Below are positions 59,091 to 64,000 of a stretch of DNA of 64,000 nt, in pieces. Every line of letters begins with the position of its first letter. Position 1 is the stretch's first letter. A model generated the notes under the pieces. It was given only the letters and a program-made list of their open reading frames with translations, did not search any database and was not told the origin of the DNA. The DNA is taken from contig JAWACY010000001.1 of NCBI GenBank assembly GCA_038896535.1, forward strand, positions 198,397-262,396. The letters run 5' to 3'. The stretch is from Candidatus Anstonellales archaeon. GTDB taxonomy: Archaea > Micrarchaeota > Micrarchaeia > Anstonellales > J096. Made by a program: the position numbers and the translations under genes.

Positions 59091-59750
59091 TTATCTTCTC
59101 TTTAATATATTGCCTTTTTTTCTTCTCGCATTTTTCTTATTCCACTTTTTATTCTTATTAATTTTATCTTTATTAACTTTAGCCTGCTTTAATTTTTTCA
59201 TTCTTTTTTTAACTCCATCAATTTTTGCTTTCTCCACTTTATTTTTATTCTTGCTTTTATTTGCTAACCCAGATGAAAGCGCCTTTCTGTATTTATCTAT
59301 AACACTTTCATCTATGAGTTCAAGCCTTGTTTTGTGCAAAGGGCATAAGAAATTGTAGTCCATTGCAAGTTCAAATTTTATTGGATTATCTATTGAACAT
59401 TTTTTGCAGTAATAATATTCTCCTTCTATAAGTAAATTTTGCAAATAAGCTATTCTTGTACTTATTTTTTTGTTAAACCAGTTGATGACTCTTTCAGGAG
59501 AGAAAACCCAAGAGTAGTAATACCAACCAGTCTCTTTATCCTTAGTTCTTTCATAATCAAGAATACCTGCTTGGTTTAATTTATTCAAAACTGCGCGCAC
59601 ATCACTAACTTTTACTTTTAAATACTGCGCTATTCTTTCATCATCCCCGGTTTTTTCCAATAATCTTAATATTTTAAATATACTTTGCCCGCCTATATTC
59701 TCAAGCTCTTCTTTTAGTTGTTTATTTTGCATTATTTTATTTAGGCTCAT
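59091..59750 (-). CDS. tfe: Transcription factor E (TFE alpha, TFIIE-alpha homologue) with a K-rich C-terminal tail
   Basis: N-terminal winged helix (IFKILRLLEKTGDDERIAQYLKVKVSDVRAVLNKL) followed by the Zn ribbon CKKCS...CPLH. Confidence 0.7.
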   Translation of the reverse strand: MSLNKIMQNKQLKEELENIGGQSIFKILRLLEKTGDDERIAQYLKVKVSDVRAVLNKLNQAGILDYERTKDKETGWYYYSWVFSPERVINWFNKKISTRIAYLQNLLIEGEYYYCKKCSIDNPIKFELAMDYNFLCPLHKTRLELIDESVIDKYRKALSSGLANKSKNKNKVEKAKIDGVKKRMKKLKQAKVNKDKINKNKKWNKKNARRKKGNILKRR

Positions 59751-59761
59751 GCTCCCACCAA

Positions 59762-60445
59762 TTATTTGCCAAACCTCCTCTCCCTTTTTGTATAATCATC
59801 AAGGGCAAGCAATAAATCTTCTTTCTCAAATTCAGGCCATAATTTATCTGAAAAAAATAACTCACTATAAGCAGATTGCCATAATAGATAACCAGATAAC
59901 CTCTTCTCCCCCCCAGTTCTTATAATTAAATCAGCCGGGGTTTTTACCATTAAATTTTTTTCTATATCTCCCTCTTCTATAAAATCTATTTTCTGTTTTT
60001 GTTTTATTGCATTGTTTATTGCATTTATTATCTCATATCTCCCACCATAAGCAAGCAGAATATTTAACTTGTAAGGCCCATTATTATTTGTTACGTCCAT
60101 TAATTCAAGACATTTTTTTTCAATATGATTTGGTAATTTTTCAAGCATACCATGAAAAGATATTTTAACCTGCTCTTTTCTTTTGTCATCGCTTTTTTTG
60201 TATTCATTTATTATTTTGTCTAAAGTTGCCCCCAATAAAGTCCATATTGTTTCTTTCTCTTTTTCATCTCTATTAAAATTTTCTGTGCTAAATCCCCATA
60301 AGGTCATTTCTTTTACATCAGTATCTTTTACCCATTCGACAACATCTCTTATTTTTTCAATGCCTATTTTGTATGCTTCTTCTATTGTTAAGCCATTTCT
60401 TTTAGCAAATCTTCTATTGCCATCAGGAATGATTGCTACGTGCAT
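59762..60445 (-). CDS. uppS: cis-Prenyltransferase (undecaprenyl/dehydrodolichyl diphosphate synthase family)
   Basis: HVAIIPDGNRRFA and IRTGGEKRLSGYLLWQSAYSELFF are UPPS signature blocks. Start taken at MHVAII. Confidence 0.9.
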   Translation of the reverse strand: MHVAIIPDGNRRFAKRNGLTIEEAYKIGIEKIRDVVEWVKDTDVKEMTLWGFSTENFNRDEKEKETIWTLLGATLDKIINEYKKSDDKRKEQVKISFHGMLEKLPNHIEKKCLELMDVTNNNGPYKLNILLAYGGRYEIINAINNAIKQKQKIDFIEEGDIEKNLMVKTPADLIIRTGGEKRLSGYLLWQSAYSELFFSDKLWPEFEKEDLLLALDDYTKRERRFGK

Positions 60446-60572
60446 GTTAATAATATTATAATACAAAATGCTTTTAAATGTGCTTTTAAATTTTATAAAA
60501 AAATAAAGATTCATTAAAAATTTATTATGCAGATAATCATGATTTTTAAATCCTTATAACCATAATTTAATT

Positions 60573-62315
60573 ATGCAAGACATTTCATTGCAAAGAAAAA
60601 GCCCTTTTGTTATGTCATTTATTGGCAAAGGCGGCAGTGGAAAAACCACATTAGTAAAGGCAACATCAAAATTTTTTGCAAGCCAAGCGTTAGAAAAAAA
60701 GGACAATGCCAATAATGGCATTTTAGTTTTTGATTTAGATAGCAGCAATAAACATTTAAGAAATTTTAATCAAAAGGGCATTTTAACAGTTCCTTTATAT
60801 AAAAAGAGGGATATTGCAAGAGCATGGGAGAAATATGTTTTAGGAAAAAAAGATGCCATAATGCTTTTTGATTTTCCTGCTTCATTTACTGACGGTATTT
60901 ATTATAGAATATTAGAGCAATCTGATTTAATAGCGCTTGTTTTGAACCCACTTAAGTCAGTTATAGAAGCAAATATAGAATGGCTTGGTTTTATATTAAG
61001 AAACGGGCTTAGTGAGAAGTGTGTAATTATTTATAACAAAGCAGGAACAGTAAAAACAAAGGACCAGAAAGAAGGAATATTAATGATGGAAAAAATTGAG
61101 AAAGAGCTTGGCATAGGAAATAAAATTGTTTTTTTCCCATACACAGAAAAAATAAAATGGTTTAATGGAAATTTTAACCAGAGCATTAATCAAGCATTGC
61201 ATGATCTTGCTCAAATCATAGAGCAGCAGAAAAAATTTGATGTAGAAAGATATAGCCTAGCCATAACAGACATGAACGGCGATAAGAATAATGATGCGTT
61301 TATGTCAGAAAAACAACAACAGCAAAAGCAAAATCAACAAGAACAACAAAGTCAACAAGAACAACAAAGGCATGCTAAAATATTCCCATATAGCATTGTT
61401 TCTCTGGCTTTAATGTTTTTTTTGAGTACGCCATCTTATTTAAGCAAAAATGCTGAAGTAAAGGAGGAACAAAGACAGACAATAATTTTAAATGAAATAT
61501 CAGCAAAACTTGAAGAAACGCGAGATAATGACTATGATGGAATGCAATATATAAGATTTTTATATTCTATAATAGATAAGAGGCAAAAGCAGTTAGTAGA
61601 TGCATTCATAAATAAGAAAGCATTTAAATATAGAATACAGGCTGGCGATGCATTAGAGCATTTTGCTCAATGGGCATTTCAGAGATATAGCGGGTTTTTG
61701 TCTTTAGATAGTTATGAAGCCATAACAAGCTATTATAAATTTTATGAGGAATTAAAGAAAGCAAATAACGGCGTTGATATATTGAAAGCAGGCAGCATAC
61801 TTGTTGTCCCAGCATATAATTGGGAAAGAAGCCAATATTATGAAAGAGTCTTATCTTTTCTTTTTTTCCTTGATAGATATATTGATAGAGCAAGAATAAC
61901 CGGGGTTTTTGGAGAAAAAAGGAAAAAATCAGAACATCTTGGCATTGACATAGCATCAAGAGAAGCAGCAATGATAAGAGCAATAAAATCTGGCATTGTT
62001 TATAATGCTGGCTATTCAACAGATTATGGTTTTTTCGTTGATATACTTGTTTCAGAGAACAATGAAAATTATATAATGCGCTATGCTCATCTTGCAAAAA
62101 GGCCAAAAATAAAAAGAGGGCAGAGAATAAGAGAAGGAAATATAATAGGGTTTATGGGCAAAACCGGAAAAGCATTTGGCACGCATTTGCATTTAGAATT
62201 TTTAGTATTTTCAGATAATAAAGAGCTTGTGCCAGTTGATGCTATTCAAAAGATTTTTGAAATCTTAGAGAATAAGAAAGCATTTATAATGTCAAACATT
62301 GCAAAAAATGATTAA
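60573..62315 (+). CDS. Fusion protein: N-terminal ParA/MinD-type deviant-Walker-A ATPase, Q-rich linker and a single TM, C-terminal M23 (LytM) metallopeptidase domain
   Basis: FIGKGGSGKTT (KGGxGKT deviant Walker A) and the downstream Asp motifs. QQQQKQNQQEQQSQQEQQ linker. TM at IFPYSIVSLALMFFLS. M23 motifs HLGIDIA, NAGYSTDYG, MRYAHL and GTHLHLEF (the HxxxD and HxH zinc ligands). Confidence 0.7.
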   Translation: MQDISLQRKSPFVMSFIGKGGSGKTTLVKATSKFFASQALEKKDNANNGILVFDLDSSNKHLRNFNQKGILTVPLYKKRDIARAWEKYVLGKKDAIMLFDFPASFTDGIYYRILEQSDLIALVLNPLKSVIEANIEWLGFILRNGLSEKCVIIYNKAGTVKTKDQKEGILMMEKIEKELGIGNKIVFFPYTEKIKWFNGNFNQSINQALHDLAQIIEQQKKFDVERYSLAITDMNGDKNNDAFMSEKQQQQKQNQQEQQSQQEQQRHAKIFPYSIVSLALMFFLSTPSYLSKNAEVKEEQRQTIILNEISAKLEETRDNDYDGMQYIRFLYSIIDKRQKQLVDAFINKKAFKYRIQAGDALEHFAQWAFQRYSGFLSLDSYEAITSYYKFYEELKKANNGVDILKAGSILVVPAYNWERSQYYERVLSFLFFLDRYIDRARITGVFGEKRKKSEHLGIDIASREAAMIRAIKSGIVYNAGYSTDYGFFVDILVSENNENYIMRYAHLAKRPKIKRGQRIREGNIIGFMGKTGKAFGTHLHLEFLVFSDNKELVPVDAIQKIFEILENKKAFIMSNIAKND

Positions 62316-62380
62316 AATATATCAGCATATGAAATGGCAAATTGAATAGATTTTTATTTTTTCCTTTATATAATGTTTTA

Positions 62381-62454
62381 GCCGCAGTAGCTCAGCCCGG
62401 TAGAGCACCCGGCTGAAGACCGGGGTGTCGGTGGTTCAAATCCGCCCTGCGGCA
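62381..62454 (+). tRNA. tRNA-Phe (anticodon GAA)
   Basis: Acceptor GCCGCAG/CTGCGGC, anticodon stem CCCGG/CCGGG with loop CTGAAGA, T-arm GGTGG-TTCAAAT-CCGCC, discriminator A. Confidence 0.85.
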
Positions 62455-62480
62455 AATTAAAAATAAAATAGAGTGATGAC

Positions 62481-63458
62481 ATGGAAATTATGCTGTTTTT
62501 ATCATCTCTTGTTATTGCATTCATAATTTCCTTTTTAAGCACAGGTATATTGATAAAATGGCAGCAAGATAAAAAAATGCTTGTTAGGGATATGCATAAG
62601 CCAGGAAATTGGCTTGTTCCAGGTATTGGCGGGCCTGCAATACTTGTTGGGTTTATTTTTGGCACGATATTCTTGATAAGCCTTTTCATATTAAATTCAA
62701 AGCCATTCGATTACCACTATATTTTTGCTGCTTTATTATGCATAACAGTCTTATCTTATATGGGCATTGTTGATGATTTATTTCAACTTCCATCTTATTG
62801 GAAATTTTTTCTCCCTGCAATAGCATCAATAGCTTTAGTCGGAGTAATGATAATTTCAAAGCAAACAATGATGTTAATACCTTTCATAGGCACCTATGAT
62901 TTTGGCATGCTATATCCTTTATTATTAATACCAGTTGGCATAATAGTAGCTTCAAACTTTACAAATATGCTGGCTGGTTTTAATGGCATTGAAAGTGGTA
63001 TGGGCATTATCGCATTTATCTCTCTTTGCATTATATCATTTTTATTAAACAAGGAAGGCGTTGCAGCTATAAGTTTTCCAATGCTTGGTTCATTGCTTGC
63101 ATTTTTCTTATTCAATAAATATCCATCAAAAATATTTCCAGGGGATAGCGGAACGTATTTAATAGGCGGGGCAATAGCTTCAGCAGTTATAATAGGTAAT
63201 ATAGAGGGTTTTGGTGCTATAATAATGATCCCATATGCTGTTGATGCTGTTATTAAAGCAATAAATAAGTTTCCAAAATCATTTGCAGATTATGCAAATG
63301 GAAAACTTTATGCTCCTAAGAAAAAGATAAGGGGCTTGGTTGATCTTTTCCTCATGCTTATTGGTGGAGCAAAAGAGAAAAATATAACAATATTTTTCAT
63401 GCTTGTTGAGGCATTATTTTCAATATTGGCAATTATAATATATACGCACATTATATGA
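62481..63458 (+). CDS. GT4-family UDP-HexNAc:polyprenol-phosphate HexNAc-1-phosphate transferase (MraY/WecA/AglH family)
   Basis: Polytopic membrane protein with the catalytic DDxxD-type motif MGIVDDLFQLP plus the NxxNxxDGIDGL-like NMLAGFNGIESG block. Confidence 0.7.
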   Translation: MEIMLFLSSLVIAFIISFLSTGILIKWQQDKKMLVRDMHKPGNWLVPGIGGPAILVGFIFGTIFLISLFILNSKPFDYHYIFAALLCITVLSYMGIVDDLFQLPSYWKFFLPAIASIALVGVMIISKQTMMLIPFIGTYDFGMLYPLLLIPVGIIVASNFTNMLAGFNGIESGMGIIAFISLCIISFLLNKEGVAAISFPMLGSLLAFFLFNKYPSKIFPGDSGTYLIGGAIASAVIIGNIEGFGAIIMIPYAVDAVIKAINKFPKSFADYANGKLYAPKKKIRGLVDLFLMLIGGAKEKNITIFFMLVEALFSILAIIIYTHII

Positions 63459-63462
63459 GAAA

Positions 63463-64000
63463 TCATTGGCTGAGCCTTCTTTTTATTGTTTTTAAGCTCA
63501 TAAATGAATCTCTTTCAAGCTCTTCTATTTTTTGCACAACAAGTTTTTTCTCTTCTTCGAGTTTTGGTATTATATTGTATTCAAGGGCATTGACCCTCCT
63601 CTTTGTTTTTTCTATTTCTTTTAGCAGTTTTTTAACAACACTTTCTATTTCTGCTGTTTTTACAAGATATTCTAAAATTTTTATATACAAGTTAGATGTT
63701 TCATCAACTAAAGGAGATATGTGCTCTGGTTTTTTTATTTCATTTATATTAAAATTAAACACCATAAGCTTCACCCCCATGATGTTTTTTGTCTCTGTTT
63801 TTAGGTTATAATCTAACTTTATGCCAGATGCAAATGCCCTTAATTCTATTTCACTTGTTTCAGATAAAGAAAAGTAAAGAAGCTTATAAGCATGTTTTAG
63901 CATTTCATTAAGCATTTTTCTCATGTCTTTTGCTTTTTTCAATACTTTAAATAGCTCTATTATCAATGCATCCCTTTTTTTCTTTAATAGCCCATGCCCC
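63463..64000 (-). CDS. atpD: A-type (V-type) ATP synthase subunit D, 5'-truncated by the window edge
   Basis: C-terminal coiled-coil RRVNALEYNIIPKLEE. The reading frame stays open upstream of the TTG at 63966 to the window end (..GHGLLKKKRDALIIELF), matching the AtpD N-terminal helix. Confidence 0.65.
   Translation of the reverse strand, partial: GHGLLKKKRDALIIELFKVLKKAKDMRKMLNEMLKHAYKLLYFSLSETSEIELRAFASGIKLDYNLKTETKNIMGVKLMVFNFNINEIKKPEHISPLVDETSNLYIKILEYLVKTAEIESVVKKLLKEIEKTKRRVNALEYNIIPKLEEEKKLVVQKIEELERDSFMSLKTIKRRLSQ

Noticed and set aside
62378-62689. 103-aa ORF on the - strand overlapping tRNA-Phe and the start of the GT4 transferase gene
   Set aside because: It overlaps a confidently folded tRNA and the opposite-strand membrane-protein gene, so it is spurious.

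Overview
This is an AT-rich, gene-dense window from an archaeal chromosome. The archaeal identity rests on the information-processing genes present: TFB, TFE, MCM, aEF-2, aEF-1beta, Alba, Pus10, an EndA-like protein, ribosomal S12 and S7, an A-type ATPase D subunit, archaeal-type cytidylate kinase, CDP-archaeol synthase and class III (pilin) signal peptides. DNA gyrase A and B, an AMP phosphorylase plus ribose-1,5-bisphosphate isomerase pair, many small or anchored secreted proteins and several giant hypothetical proteins suggest a small-genome, DPANN-like lineage; that is inference, not proof. I call about 60 CDS, 7 tRNAs (Val-CAC, Leu-TAA, Thr-TGT, Gly-TCC, Arg-GCG, Asn-GTT, Phe-GAA; none with introns) and one dispersed hairpin-repeat family that sits just 3' of two different tRNA genes. 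There is no rRNA, no CRISPR array, and no obvious transposase or integrase. The most unusual content is a 722-aa protein with a canonical GGDEF (diguanylate-cyclase-like) palm domain, which is almost unknown in archaea. Its gene is divergently paired with a processive family-2 glycosyltransferase (DxD and QxxRW motifs) and a CxxC membrane protein, an arrangement that resembles bacterial c-di-GMP-controlled exopolysaccharide synthases. Other points worth a second look are a ParA/MinD-like ATPase fused through a transmembrane segment to an M23 (LytM) peptidase, a membrane-anchored clan-CD (caspase-like) protease, a 1640-aa anchored giant protein, and a ~104-aa protein carrying a ribosomal P-stalk-like C-terminal GFGSLFG tail. 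Further candidates are a small lysine-tailed tandem-repeat protein and an EndA homologue lacking the catalytic His next to Pus10. All functional calls come from motif and family recognition by eye; I ran no database search.
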